A stretch of DNA of 61,003 nucleotides, filler included, from Sphacelaria rigidula (taxonomy: Eukaryota): assembly GCA_964200075.2 (NCBI GenBank). It is 7 parts of 7 records of this genome, joined end to end, with 100 filler letters (N's around TTAATTAATTAA, not from the genome) between each part and the next. Parts side by side here need not be neighbours in the genome. Positions count along the whole stretch, not along the records: positions 8,731 to 17,360 come from CAXNAA020010554.1; positions 17,461 to 26,089 come from CAXNAA020010555.1; 5 more parts are not named here. The stretch is one strand, 5' to 3'. Every line of letters begins with the position of its first letter. Within the stretch, counting starts at the first letter, position 1. Positions 11,505 to 24,787 of the stretch are shown in pieces. The notes beneath the pieces are model-generated. The model saw only the letters and a program-made list of their open reading frames with translations, had not been told where the DNA came from and did no database searches. Position numbers and translations under genes: made by a program.

Positions 11505-12950
11505 ATTCATGGTTGGAACACAGTTTCCAGGTCCGTCTGGACCGTCATATCCGGGGGTTAGTTTATCACTTGGAGCACAGCACCCCTGGTGAAGATCCGG
11601 ATTTACAACACACTAAAATTCAATACGAGTACCCACAAAGTCATAAACTATACTGGATACCCGGATCGCTGACAGAGATGAGGGTTCCACAGGCTCGCTC
11701 AGCGTGCGCAGGACGAGTATGAGTACGCGATTTTTTAAACCCGTTGATCGCGCCGGTGGGTCATATGTTGACTTGGCATCACTTTACAATCAACAAGGAA
11801 CTGTAGAGAGGTATCTCATACTCGAGGTAACCGCTATATATTCAACAGACGACGGTAATTTAGTGTCGAACATATCAGGAACCTCGAGCTTGAGATAACT
11901 CTTGTAAGACCCAGACAGCCCACTCTGGCAGTCAAGGGGTTAACCCTTTGACCGCGAGTAGAGATCGTCCGTTGAATCAGTATCAGTGTCACTTGAAAAA
12001 TCGCTGCTGGCTCGATGACCTACGCTCCTCCTCGCGAACGCCTCAGGCTCCGATTTGAGCTTCACCACCGAACACTTTGCCTAGGCTAGAGTATCGTTCA
12101 ACTTCCCTATCCGTATGTACAATATTTGACGATGAACTTGCGTCATCGCCGGGTTCGCTAAACCCCCCACGCCTCTGTCTCATTTCGTAGGGAATACGTT
12201 TGTTGAAATGTCGTAAGGGCAGGGGGGGTCTACCCGACAGACACACTCAAAACACCACCAAGGCTATCATACCACACACAAAATTTCGGGTGGCACCTTT
12301 GTGGTACAAAGAGGTGGTTTTTGTATGCGCAGCGACGTGATTCATGGTTGGAAATTGCCAGCGGGTCGTTCACAGAGATGACAGTCCCACAGGCTCGCCC
12401 CGCGTGCACAGGACGAGTATACGCGTTGTTTGAACCCTTTGAACGTCAAGGTGGGTGATACGTTGACTTGACATCGTCTTTTAATCAACAAGGAATTGCA
12501 GAGGTATCTCAAATTCGAGTTTACCACTATATTTATGACAGTTGACCCTTTGACCGCGAGCAGAGGTCGTCTGTTGAATCAGCATTAATGTCACTTGAAA
12601 AATGACTGGATGGCTTGATGACCTACCCTCGCGGATGCTTCAGGCTCCGATTTGAGCTCCTCCAGCGAACACGAACACTTCACCTTGGCTCAAGTACCGT
12701 TTAACTTCCCTACCCGTACGTACAATGCTTGACGATGAAGTTGCGTCGTCGCCGGGTTTGATAAATAACCCCCCTCGCTGCTGTCTCATTTATTCATAGG
12801 GAATACGTTTGTTGACATGTCAAAATGACAGCGGTCCACCCTAAACACGGTCAAAACACCACCAAAGACAGCTGTGCGGCAAGGAGGGTTAGGCTGGGCC
12901 ACAAGCAAAATTTCGGGTGGCAGCATTGTGGCACGAATGGTGGTTCTGGT
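11505..12950 (+). repeat. Diverged tandem duplication (~11505-12339 and ~12340-12950) that carries MITE remnants
   Basis: Co-linear blocks: CCACAGGCTCGC (11687/12387), CAACAAGGAA (11791/12486), CAGGCTCCGATTTGAGCT (12044/12641), TAGGGAATACGTTTGTTGA (12188/12797). Confidence 0.85.
11807..11902. mobile_element. 96-bp mini-MITE with AGAGGTATCTCA-type TIR
   Basis: AGAGGTATCTCATACTCGAGG is inverted against CCTCGAGCTTGAGATAACTCT. Same terminus as the 213-bp MITE family. Confidence 0.65.
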
Positions 12951-13189
12951 ACGGACAGAATAAGTCCTTCTATTACTCGGTTGAACAAAACCTATACGAT
13001 ATCTCGTCGAAATTTTGTCTGTTCAGGAGGCCGGAGATACTCTAGACCGAGGCCAGAATATGGCTTTTTAACGCATTAAACGGTCATCTCCAGTCACAAT
13101 CGAGATTTGAGAATCTCGCATCACTAGCGACGGATGAGACGACCCCAGCTCACTTCTCCTCTCACGCAATTTCTCCCAGACACTCTCGA

Positions 13190-13609
13190 ATGAGGTGTAG
13201 ACGACGACCACGGACAGGGCCGGCCGCGGCCGCGGCCACGGCCGCCCTTTGTGTAGCGAGCAGCGGGTTGGTGACAGCGGGCCCTGCCACAGTACTGCCA
13301 ATACCAAGAACACCGCGGGATCATGGGCATCAGGTTCTGAATGCAGGGGCTCTCGAGCAAACCGAGGTTGGGGGGCGATTAGCAGTGGTCGTTCCGGTGT
13401 ACGACGGCGACTTGGAAAAGTCTCTCGAATCCATGGCGTTGTGGCCAAAGGTATGTCACCAGGAAACTCTGTCCAAGGTAGAGCTTGTGCTGTACAAGGC
13501 AGAGAGGGAGGAGGAGGGAACGAGGGAATCTTTACAGAAGGCGTTGGAAGAAACGGCGGGCGAGTGTTTCGCGGAAACAAAGATCGTGTACGCGAATCTC
13601 AAGGATGAG
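13190..13609 (+). CDS. Exon 1 of an uncharacterised GT-A-fold-like protein (N-terminal hydrophobic segment, RLAVVVPVYDGDL strand)
   Basis: ATG at 13190, 140 codons, ends GATGAG|GTGAGG (phase 0). Joins exon 2 as ...YANLKDE|DNVYPKGPSMQFY.... Confidence 0.75.
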
Positions 13610-15377
13610 GTGAGGACATGTCGGCGTGATACATGCAACGTTGTACGTGTACGCGTTGTATGTGTGGCGAGGTAGCGATTATGAGCGTTCTGGGGTGACG
13701 ACCAGTGCGAAGCTGTGTGCACGAAGGCTTTGCGTCTTGATGGATGACTGCTTAAAGCTTTTTCTGCACACAAACAGCTTCATACGAAGCGCTTGCCCAG
13801 CTGTCGAACTCCTGATGAAATCTACGCCGGACCAACGGAGAGCACAGAATAACGGATGTGTTTCTGAGAGGCTCCGACTTCCTCTGCATTCGTGTCGACC
13901 GTAATGATCCATCGTTTTCCCGAATCGTTCCTGCAGTCGGCGTCAGTTCATGGAGGGGGTAGCACATCCAAAGCTCATTTTCGCCGCTTGGCCCAAATCC
14001 TTGTTTCTGCTACTTCGCTTCGTATATCGCGTGGGGTGATGCCTCGTAGCAGTGTCCACTGCGAAGCTAGCTCATTCTGCACTTTTCTTGTAGTTGAAAG
14101 GTATCACCATATGTCTCGTAATGTGCCACAACACGCGCATAAACGTTGCACAGTACTGAGTGGTTGCACTTGTACTATATTTCACATCGCCCATTGGGCG
14201 GTTAATCTTTCACATTTGAGCGGAGGCAAGAAGATCAATGCGTGCACTACCCCACTCTTGTTTTGGTATGATCAGACACTTTCCTGGTTCGACTGGAGAA
14301 GGGTGTAAATCGTCTTCATGGGTGACTTGCTCACCATCTACCCATTACTTCGTCCCGGCCGGGAGGCATTGTTGATCCCGCAGAAATAAGTTACGAAAAG
14401 GGAGCTTGGTGCCGCGAGAACAGTCATCGAGATCTCCGCATTTTCTCCGCAACATGTCGCATGTCCACTTGTCCGCTCGTGGATGAACAGGTCACGGCGA
14501 TACAATAACCGAGCGTGTTCATCGATGTGGTACGCGCGCCGAGCGTACGTATCCGGTTGATTTTCCGATCGTTAACGCGTAGACTTCCCCAGACCTGTCG
14601 AAGCGTGGATCACACAGCATACATGTGTTCAGGAAGCGAACAGATTACCCGTTGAACCACTGAGCGCTCACTGGTTCCACGAGTTAATTGTTTGCTCCCT
14701 GAACAAAGCTTGTAAACACATTCAACGTTGCTCCTTTGCTCACTTTCGAGGAGAATACAGCCAGTCTGAAATATTTATTTTTGGCAACCCGTGTTTTTTT
14801 TTCACAAGCATATTAGCACAAACGAGCAGCATGTGCATGCTTTTTATTCAAGTATCCCGCCATTTCGATCATAACGCTGCAAAACCTACCACTACCCAAC
14901 ATTTGATGACCTAGTGCACGTGTTGGTTGAGCGGGATGGCGCTGTCATTGTAGCCGACACGAGGGCACATGCGTATGTATATCAACGCTTTCCTTTTGCC
15001 CCGTGGACCGCAATTTTTACTGTCAACATCCTGGATCGGTTTTTAAGGTTCAACATTTTAATGAGTTTCAACTCGAAAACAATGCGTACCCTGACCTAGA
15101 GTCATGACCGATGAATTTCATATGGACGAACTCATGCCCCCCGACCTCCTTGAAAGTATTTTCGAGGGTTGAACCTCGAAAATGGATCCAGGCTGTGTGT
15201 CACTATTTATCAACTATGCCGCAAGTGCTGGAATCAGCACCCGTCTGTAATCGTCGCTTGTTGCCTTGCTACGAGCACGAACGTCAAGATCGCCTTCTCT
15301 TGATTGCACCTCCATCGCCCCCTGCCCCTCGCCCCGGTCTATCCCTGTCCCCATCCTCCCCCTCCGGTCGAAACCAG

Positions 15378-15821
15378 GACAACGTTTACCCAAAGGGCCC
15401 ATCAATGCAGTTCTACAAGCTGTTTCTGGATGATGATGTACGACGGCACTTCACCAAGTACGATGCCATTTCGATTATCGAGTGGGACGTTTTAGTGGCG
15501 CGTGAAACTAGCTTCAAGCAGCTTTACCATGCGAGCTTCAACGTCCCGGAGCCATTCTGGGTTAAGGGTAGCGTGCTCGCCGGTACAAATTTCCACAACA
15601 CGGCCGTCAACGCCGATATGTGGCACGTGCTGGGGCATATCAACGGTAACGCCATCTACAACAACAACGACCCTGACTTTGTTGAGTTCGTGGAGTATAC
15701 GCTTGCGCGCTGGGATTATCAATATCCATATGACGTGGCACTGTGGGCTACGATCTCTGACTTCCCGTACAGTTGGCCTTTGTGGCAACGGTACTCGACA
15801 AAGTTCGTGACGACCAACCTG
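15378..15821 (+). CDS. Exon 2 of the same gene (IIEWDV, FWVKGS and WHVLGHINGNAIY motifs); later exons not identified in this contig
   Basis: Pyrimidine tract then CCAG|GAC acceptor, 148 codons with GC3-rich codon usage, CTG|GTGAGA donor, phase 0 at both ends. Confidence 0.85.
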
Positions 15822-16943
15822 GTGAGATATTGTATTTTCGTGTGCCCCTTGTTGGCTGTTGATACCTTGACACGAAAGCAATGCTGGACGCCTTGCACGA
15901 TTGCCGCCTCCTTTTACTGGAAACTCGTGATCGAGCGAAACTCCTGAACTTTTCATGTGTAGCCTATGAAATCAGGAGTTGAAGTAGTTGGACGATAATT
16001 TCGTGTGCGATATGTTACCCATTGCTGTGGATTGCTCATGTGGTATCAGCTTTCTCTGTTCGGCGGTATCATACCCCCTTGAAGGGGTCTGTAAGATATA
16101 TGGGGATACGAGTAGTGCTGTTGTGGATGAAAAGGTCATGAGTGATTTCGAGACAAGAATTGCAAACGGATATGAAGGCGAGATTGATTTTCCATCTCGG
16201 GGATCGGATGTCGCTGACTGGTAGGCTGAGTGTACACTTGAAATTAAAAAAATAAGGGGTGGTGACCCTTGCCTATGTCAGCAGCGTTGTGTGCACCGTC
16301 CCTTCTGCAGCATTGTTGTAATTTTGTCACCCGCTGAACCGTAAAGTCTGCCTCAAGTCTGGTCAGCGCTGTCTGAATACTTGACTGAAACTAAGTATTT
16401 GAGCCATAAAAATAGCCGGACTTGAGAATGTGCGTTACCCCTCACGAATGTTCAAGTCGTGTTGTCGTTCTTTGAGTATGTAGAGCTCTATACCTCTGGC
16501 GACTTTTGCGGCTTTGTTTTTAGTGTATGAATCTTCGCATTTGAAGGGTGATCGTGTGCCGACACGGCTGACGCACAGTGGCGTGTTTTGGCATTTTTCT
16601 CTCGCAAGGATTGCGGCCTGATGCTTTCTCACGGTTTAAGGTCATGTCTCGTGTCACTTGTATTTCTTGAGGCTGTTATTTTCAGGTACGGGACAGTTGA
16701 CGCAGTTTTCGGCCCCCATACATAGAATATCATCAATGCGTGTCTTGAACGCTTTACATCATCGCACTGAGAAGGGTCTAACCCCCACTTCTCCAATTTG
16801 GTTGACTTCACAAAGTTTATAGAATGGCCTTTGGATTATGACCCAGCTTGACAAGAGAAAATACGGGGTTCTGTGACGTTTCCAAATTCCCACCCCGGCT
16901 CCACATGGTTTTATGTCCAAATGGAGCATAATTCAGAGGACAT

Positions 16944-17100
16944 TCTCGAAACCCCAGAGGAAAGCGAGTCGGAAAAATGGGCTAGTCTCGCCTTTGTAAG
17001 GTGGTGCAAAGTGTCCACGAAGCGCGGTGGTGATATCCCCTGTTTCGTGACCCAGAACTGCGACAATTATTCGAAACTGATGAGTCCGACCAAAAAAATC
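16944..17100 (+). repeat. Diverged single arm of the foldback family at 59542-60022
   Basis: TCTCGAAACC...CTAG...GGTGCAAAGTGTCCA...CCCTGTTT is co-linear with 59847-59945. Confidence 0.65.
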
Positions 17101-20100
17101 CAATTTACATGAGGAGAGATGGTTTAGGCGGTCATCCATTAACAACCGCCGCGGTCGGACGAACAGTTTTTTCTTGTCGTTAGGTCGTGTCGTATTGAGA
17201 CAAAAAAAAAACGGTAAGAGGACCACGCGTCCGAAAGGAGCATGTTGAGTCGTCGCAACCGTGGGCCAGCCCGGCGATCAATCGATATGGTGCTTTTGGA
17301 CGTGTCCAACTTTCTGTTTTTTTTTTCTGGGCATCCCCGGGAAGGTTGTGCGTGGTGGTGNNNNNNNNNNNNNNNNNNNNNNNNNNNNNNNNNNNNNNNN
17401 NNNNTTAATTAATTAANNNNNNNNNNNNNNNNNNNNNNNNNNNNNNNNNNNNNNNNNNNNAAAAGATCTTAAAACGTACCCCAATTTACCATGGAAAAGG
17501 TACAGTGAAACGACACATCCGTGGTTTACAGTTTCACCTGAACCGTAACAAATAACATTTAAGTCGTGCCGCTTATACAGTACAGTATCTTGTAGCGGTG
17601 ATTCCAATCACACACAACGTACTCAGACTGCCCTGTCTGAATTTGCAACACAGTCCACTTCTGGGAGGTTGGGGCCGAAATTTTACGAGGATATGCTGCA
17701 TGCAAGGTGAACAACTGTGCTTGAAGCAGCACATTGTCCTCATCTGCTGAGGTGTCTAATCACTTTAACTTACTGTTTTATTTCTTTCGTTTTCTGCCGC
17801 GAATGTATTTCGCGTATTGATATTATAATATAGTCCCCTGTCAAAACTTCACCACCGAACTCCTAATAAATATCAAGCGGCGCGTCATCTGCCAACCGCG
17901 AACAGGAACCGTTGCCCGGCCTGGCTCGTAATGCTCACGAGAGGTTCAAGAATGGGTAACTATGGACTGAGAAAACTCCATCAGAAGCAGAAGTTGGATA
18001 TTTTCAATACCTTCTCGTCTCAGGGGAGGGAGAGGTCCGGAGCATGTTGGTTCGAATCGTCACCCTCCACCGGTATGTGTTTTTCGCCGTGTTTGGGCTC
18101 ATCTGTAGACCCTTCCGGATTCCTGGCTGATCAGCGTACACGGAGGGAGAGGTGTTTTGGTCGTCGATCGAGGAAGGTTGTACCGGTAAAAGAGAAAAGG
18201 GGAAGTGGTGCGCGATTAGTAGGAGAAAAATGGTGAGAATATGTTTTGACAGGCAAGACAATCCTCCCTCTCCTCTCTTCTTCTCCAGGAAAAATGACTA
18301 ACAACTAGATGGAGCTATTTCCGCCGTTTGGGTGTTCCAACTGTGCACTTCTACGCCTTTGACGACATGCGAGAGGTGCGCATTGGCGTCGATATCGGGG
18401 AGCGAGAAAAACGAAGGCATTTCACAGTGGCTGGCTCATCTACTACCCTTCGATACTTTGAACAAACACAGGATATACGGTAGTAGAAATCGTCTGCATC
18501 ATCCACATCCACGCACCGCCAGACAAGAAGGTGTACCGTAGAACACACAGCTAGTGAGCGCAACAAATACCCCAGGTGAAACAGGTTCCCTAAAAGCGGA
18601 TAGAACAGGACTGCCGGTTACAGTACCCTGCCAATGCTCGTGTCATTATCGCTCATACTTTGTGTACCCCACGGTACTTCCCCCCCCCCCTTCCGTCGTA
18701 TCGAAAGAGGTTCGTAATCGACGTTCAAATGATCAAGGCAAAAAAGCGAATGAGCATACCCCCATCCTCGTGCCCTCATTCCTCCTCCTCGTGCTTCAAG
18801 GAAAGGATTGCCGCGTCAGGGAAAGCGGAAGATCCGCAGGCGAATGTAGTATCTTTTGTGAGCGGAAATCGGTATAACATTACTCGGCAATATTTTTTGT
18901 AATCCAAGAATGTTGTTTTTTGCTAGTCATGAACAAGGGGGAGAGCAAGTCAGCGGCCAACTGGCAAGATGAAGCCCATTTCTGGGCTGAGGTTCGAGTC
19001 TTGGTATTTTCGTGTCCAGCCGTGAAGATCCACCACTGTCTCGTGCTTGGTGAATAGAGCTGGCGAGCTCAACCGCGCCACTGCCCTGACCTGACCGCCT
19101 TCGCTGTGCCTACAAGAGCAACTGTGCCAAACTTCGTATCTGCTGGCCGACCTTTGTTTGCCTGTTTCGCATGTGCGTGTTCCTTTTCTGTGTGACGCAA
19201 CTCGAGTCCCATTCGCTGGGTACACTGACATATCGTGCTGGCCACATCTGGTCGTGGGGGACGTTTGCCGAGGACCTCAAATTACATGTCGAACGGGGAT
19301 CTTTTTCTGGGACATCCATTTGGGATACACGTATTCATGTGAGACATCCACGTAGTATATGGAAGTCCATCTGAACGCTGGCCCTTATCCGGAATATGTA
19401 TGTATCTACTATAGTATCCATCTGTGGCGTTCATCTGCCACGTCTATCTGGTACATGAACGTCCGTCGGGAACGCCCATCCGGATCTGGGGTGCCTCGAC
19501 CGTATCGATCGGTGTGTCGAGGTTCGTGGGTTCGAGTACCGACAAATCTGATCACTTACATTTCGATCGAGCGTGATTTACACGTGAGTACGGGGCAAAG
19601 AAAAGTATCGCTGGAAGCCGGTAGGCTGCGGTAGCGCTGTTTGAACCCTCGATAACTATTTGTTGGGAAGGCGCCGACGGAGAGATCAGTTGATCCATTG
19701 CAACTAACAATATCGTCCCGAGAAAGAGAGAGGGGGGGGCGTAAAGGCATGACAAGAATACAAGCTCGATCGCAGCGGCCGTGACTGACGGTCTCAGATG
19801 GGCGCGCCGGGTTTCGGGCAAGGTAGTGTCAAAGCATGCGATTGAAGGCACCGCCCAATACTGTGTGTGTGAATATACGAGATAATGAACGAACGAGAAA
19901 ACTGGCCGGCAGATAACATCATTTCAACTACATGGAGCTAGCAGTCGACGCGGTGCGGGATTGCTGACGATTCAATCAGCGATACCAATATGTAAGTCGT
20001 GTATCGGGGGAGAGATGGGTCGATTGACTCCTTGAGATCACGGACTCGTCCCGAGGAAGGACGGGAGTTCAAAATGGGATCGGGGGGCGAGGGAGGGTGA

Positions 20101-20969
20101 TAAGGGTAGGCTCGGGAGGGGCTTTGACTCAACAATGAACGATGGTTGTACTTTGGCAGTCGAAGGGTTACCCGCTCGAAGGATTACCCGCACGTTCAAC
20201 AGCCGGTATGGGCCCGAAACGTCATGATTGCCTTTCTTCATCGCGCCCCGCAACTGATCCAATGGGCAACAGGCAGCGAAGCATGGTTCCGAAGCAGACC
20301 CCGGTAGAGATGGAGATGGACCGTGGGCACCAGCTGGTCAGGTACCTTTCCCGCTGCGCTGCTTCCCAATGCACCGATACCCACATCTGCTCCAGAAGTC
20401 AAGGTCCCTGCAGGGTGAAGGGAGGTCACGAGGGGTAGAGGGGGGGGGTAAACACGAACTGTGGCGTCACCATCATCAACCGTCTTCCCCCACAAGATTT
20501 GAAAAGTAATGAAAATTTTCAAGATACCTGGTTTATTGCACCAACACGTAAGTACCCTTCCCCCCCCCCGTGGTGCATGTCATATTTCATGTCGGAATGT
20601 GTCAGAATGCTGGCCGTACCGTACGTTCGCGACAAACGAATTAAAAAAAGTTGTACACCTCTTGTCTCATGATTTTTTCCCCTTGTATTATGTTGAAAAC
20701 TGGTCAATTTTCATCGACGTAAGCAAGTACGCAGTGGTACGTTTTGTTCCTGTGCCGAGTGCTCCCGGACGCTGCACGATTTTGTTTCTTGTGGTGTTTT
20801 TTTTTCCTTTTTTTGTCAACAGAGCTGTGTACCTGTACCACTACTTTCGATTCATTATTTCGTGCTTGCCACAATCAGTCGCACTGTTTAACATCAATAA
20901 TAGCTCAAGATATTATACATATATGGATGATGACCCAACGGGTCAACACATTGCCGAGGTCATATGCAA

Positions 20970-21840
20970 GGGCGTGTCTTGTAGGGTGCGGGTATGGTCA
21001 GTAAGGCATGAATTTTCTCACAGAACTTCAAGACCTGTCGGGTTGCGTAACGATAGTCTTATATAACTAAAAAAACCTGTAGGGTACGACATGAAGGTTG
21101 TACAGAAATCCTTACACGTAATCGGGTAGGTCTACAAGTATACCCGTACTCCAGGTAGAGGTAAAACGTTTCGCGCAGGCCTCACAGAACTTGCGGTCGA
21201 AGGTGAGGTTGTACAGAAACCCTTACACGTAATCGGGTACCCAAGTATACCCGTACTCCAGGTAAAGGTAAAGCATTTCGCACAGGCTTCACAGAACTTG
21301 CGGGCAAAGGTTAACATTTCGCACAGATATCATTGAACCACCCGGTGAAGGTGGACATCCCGCACGGATCTCTCAGAAGTGTCAACCGTTTTGGAAGCGT
21401 TGATGGAAAAGTGACGATTTACAAAGTCCCGTATATGCCAGATTTCGTCACCGGGAAAGCGTCAGTTCAAGTTCGGTGCACGTGTCTGTCTCATTGGTAC
21501 GCTTGGACTCAGAGTGGTGCACCGTTTTGGCGGGCTGCATCAACAGTTGCAGGAGAATAACCGTGTCTTGCCCAAGAAGTCGTCCATCGTAAAACGTCAC
21601 CTTTCCACACCCTGGACAAGAGAACACACAGTCAAAAAGTGTACCACGTACGGTATCGACCAATGCGCCTATTCCAACGGACAATAGATTCCATATTGTA
21701 CGCAGTACATTTTTTGACAATAGGATCTCTTGTCCAGGGTGTACAACTTTTCATCAACGGTTTCGAAAAGGGTCAAGTACGGGTAACACCCGAGTACATA
21801 TCTTGGGTATGCAAAAACTCGTACCCTACAGAACACAACC
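20970..21840. mobile_element. Non-autonomous TIR element with internal ~112-bp tandem repeats
   Basis: Imperfect TIRs GTGTCTTGTAGGGTGCG / CGTACCCTACAGAACAC. The unit AGGTTGTACAGAAAYCCTTACACGTAATCGGGTA...TCACAGAACTTGCGG occurs twice in 21095-21311. Confidence 0.6.
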
Positions 21841-21883
21841 TCAGCAATAGGCACTGTACGTTTCATATCGTTTCGTCTATTGA

Positions 21884-22095
21884 TAGAGGTATCTTAAACT
21901 CGGCTCCCGGTATCCTCGTTTGTTTTGTTCTACTTTTTAAAGGGGAAGTAATGGCGACTCGTCAGATGATGAGATCCTTTGCCCGCCAGTTCAGGTCCTC
22001 TCATGAATCGCGGTCACTTTCACTTGAAAAAATAGTACACAACTCAGAGCCAGCGAATAAACCAGGAACCGGAAGCCGAGTTTGAAATACCTCCA
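21884..22095 (+). mobile_element. 212-bp MITE
   Basis: TIR TAGAGGTATCTTAAACTCGGCTCCCGG / CCGGAAGCCGAGTTTGAAATACCTCCA. Full-length homologue at 33196-33408. Confidence 0.85.
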
Positions 22096-23379
22096 ATAGG
22101 GTCTGAAGCACTTGGTTACTGTGAGGACTCGAGTCCACTGCTCCTCTCACAACTACTCTCGAAAAAGCGTGCATGTTAGTTTAGTGTACACACATAAGGA
22201 GTATGTTTTTTTATGGTGTATAGAACGGGCAAACCACGCCTTCGAAACGAAACACCTGACAGACGTTTTGGCCGCTTTCCACCGTTTTCGTGGCGGCAGG
22301 GTTGCCAAAGCTGGGGCAGCTGCGTGCGCCCAGTGCGGCGGGGCGGGCGGAGGGTCGGAGGAGGCGAAGACTTTCGCTTTGGCCCTATGCGAGACCTTTG
22401 AGTGTCCCCGGGCCGTTCAACGGGAGGTGAAATAGCGGAGCACATTTTAGGCTGATGAGGTGAGGTGTTGCAAGAGTTCCACACCCTGGACAACAGATTA
22501 TATCGTAAAAAAACGCACTGCGTACAGTATGAAACCTGTTGTCTGCTGCAAGACGCGCAGTAGTCGGTACTGTACCCAGTACACTTTTTGACAATGTAAA
22601 AATATTGCCATTATCCAGGGTGTGAAGTTTTCCCAGTCGGCTAGAGTTGGTGTTCCGTAGCCGTCGCGCCCCGTCTCAGCGACCTAAGTTAAAATGGTGT
22701 AATTTGGCACCAATTGGGCGGGGGAAACGCGGTTCGATTCCACGCCAGATGCGTCTATTATAGTTTTGCTTTTTTTGCTCAGAAACGTATCTGATACTCG
22801 TCGTTAACAGCGCGCGCGTGTGTGTGTGAAACGTACCTGAGCAGCACAAAGAGGAGTCTCTTCTCTTCGGGTGCGCAAGTTATACGATGGTCGACGCGGT
22901 GCGGGGGTGCTAATCATGATCCAATCCGCGATAGATACCAAAATTGAATGCGTGGACAGGAGGGAGAGGTGGGTTGATCTCTTGGGGTCACGGACTCGTC
23001 CGGAGGAAGGGGAGGGATGAAGAGGTGAGAACAAAAACATGTTCAAAAATATAGAACACACTATGAAAGCAAAGACTCAACATTTGTTTTTGGAAATCGC
23101 CGTCGGAAACGCCCGTGCGTGAGATGGCTGCCCGTGGATCGACCGGTGTGCTGACGTGCATCGTGAAAAAGGGACAGCGGGGCGATACAAACAATGAATA
23201 TCAACCCCCGACCGCACTCTATCCAGCGGGGCAGCGACATCTAGAAGCATCCCAGCCAATTGATACCACTCGGCACTCACAGGTATTGCGTGTGCACCCG
23301 CTCCGTTACCTCATGTGGTCGCCCAGGCCCTAGACCTGGTGCTATCGGCGGTGGCCGTCGCCCCTCCATCGCTACATAG

Positions 23380-23806
23380 TGACGATATTGTGGGATTTCC
23401 GTGTGGTTCTCAGCAGGTGGTGGCAAAGGCTGACACCGACAGACGTTAGCCCGTACAGCTAGCTTGCAGGTAGCAGGTGATGCTTCTGCTGTGGACTTGT
23501 TGATGTTGAATGGGCGCTTGCCGCCGACAAAGACTTGTAGAGAACCAGGGACTTTGGCAGTCTAGGGAAGAAGATAGGAGAGAAAGCAGAGTGAGAGAGA
23601 AAGGGGGCGAGCTTTATGGCACCTCTTCTCTTTCTAGAATATCAGACACACACTCATGTTCTAGACTCGTCTAGTCTAGAAGCTTGTTCTGGAAACTACT
23701 GTTCCAGGAACCAAAGTACCGTTCTACGTGGCCTACTTGAACCAATTACTGTTGTAGAACGTTCCTAAGATACGGTGTAACCATTCAGATCTCGACTGCT
23801 ATAACA
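23380..23806 (-). mobile_element. Possible solo LTR (left boundary uncertain)
   Basis: The minus strand begins TGTTATAGC at 23806, with a cluster of TCTAGA/TTCTAG words and a purine tract. No partner LTR or TSD found. Confidence 0.3.
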
Positions 23807-24278
23807 CTACTTAACATTGACTCATGTAGCTTTGCTAATCTATAAGAGACCACAACCAGAACGACACAAGCGGGGCCTGGTCAGATGAAATGCCGGCGGC
23901 CCGCCCATGTCATCAGACCAACGACAAAACCGCGGAGATGGCAGCAACGGCGGCGGTATTGTCCGTAGCAACGTAAGTGCGGCCGCCGGGGCATCTGTCG
24001 GCGAGGTGTCGGCGGAAAGCGAGTGTGCAAACGATAGCGATGGAAATGACTGTCTTGGTGGTTCTTGGGGGCGTGTCAAGTGCGTGCGAGGCGGAGCCGA
24101 CAGGTCCCGCCGGCGGTTACGGTAGCGATGGTCTTGGCGCCGGTGTTGGGGTTAGGGTGGTATTCGCACCAGACGATCAAGATGAGTATGCCAATGATGA
24201 GACGGTCTAACGTAGTAATTACCGGTCATCAATAGGTGAGATAAAACGCAAACTTTCCACGGGTTGGGGAGCGGAGAC

Positions 24279-24787
24279 GGGGGGATGTACTTGGGATCTT
24301 TCACGCCGTAGTTATATTGTAATTGGTCTCGCATCTCTACGAGTCGAGACGGAACACGCCGGGTTTTCTCCGGACCAGGCTCGCACTCAATCACCAAGAG
24401 CGAAGCGCCGTGGTGTGTTCGGCGAGTCGCATGAAGGGTGAGCTGCATCCTGCCAAGATGGTTCGCGTCGAAGCGTACCGATAATCTTGTATATGGATGA
24501 CAGCCTCCAATGAATTGGTTCATTTCCTGGTATCGCCACTTCCAGAGACAGCCACGGGTTACACACTGCCTCATTGGTGTCTCACCACGTAAACACTATG
24601 GAATATAATCCCCTTTGCGCGGAGCTGAGGTTCTCCCGCCCCGTATAATATGATCAAACTCGACCATCACCATGGTTACCGCAAAAAAACCCGCCAGCGA
24701 CGAATAAAACAGGTGACTTGGTTGCCTAGCTCACGCAGTGAGTGCCGTGTTTCACAGAGCCGTTGCCAACCGACGCCAACCTTCAGA
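24279..24787 (+). repeat. ~500-bp dispersed repeat, probably a non-autonomous transposon
   Basis: Co-linear over its length with 31477-31980 (e.g. GTGTTCGGCGAGTCGCATGAAGG, GAGACAGCCACGGGTTACACACT, CCCCTTTGCGCGGAG). Ends also at 26030-26089 and 1-63. Confidence 0.88.

Noticed and set aside
15111-15377. N-terminal part of the 278-aa ORF as coding
   Set aside because: It is intron sequence with the polypyrimidine tract. The coding exon starts at the acceptor at 15378.
23255-23268. tRNA-iMet primer-binding site (TGGTATCA, minus strand) for the putative LTR
   Set aside because: Only an 8-nt match, not adjacent to a CA LTR end, and no gag or pol sequence follows.
23880-24206. GC-rich coding-like segment as an exon of the minus-strand gene at 25439-25975
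   Set aside because: All three minus-strand frames contain stops and no motif is recognisable. At most it is a decayed exon.
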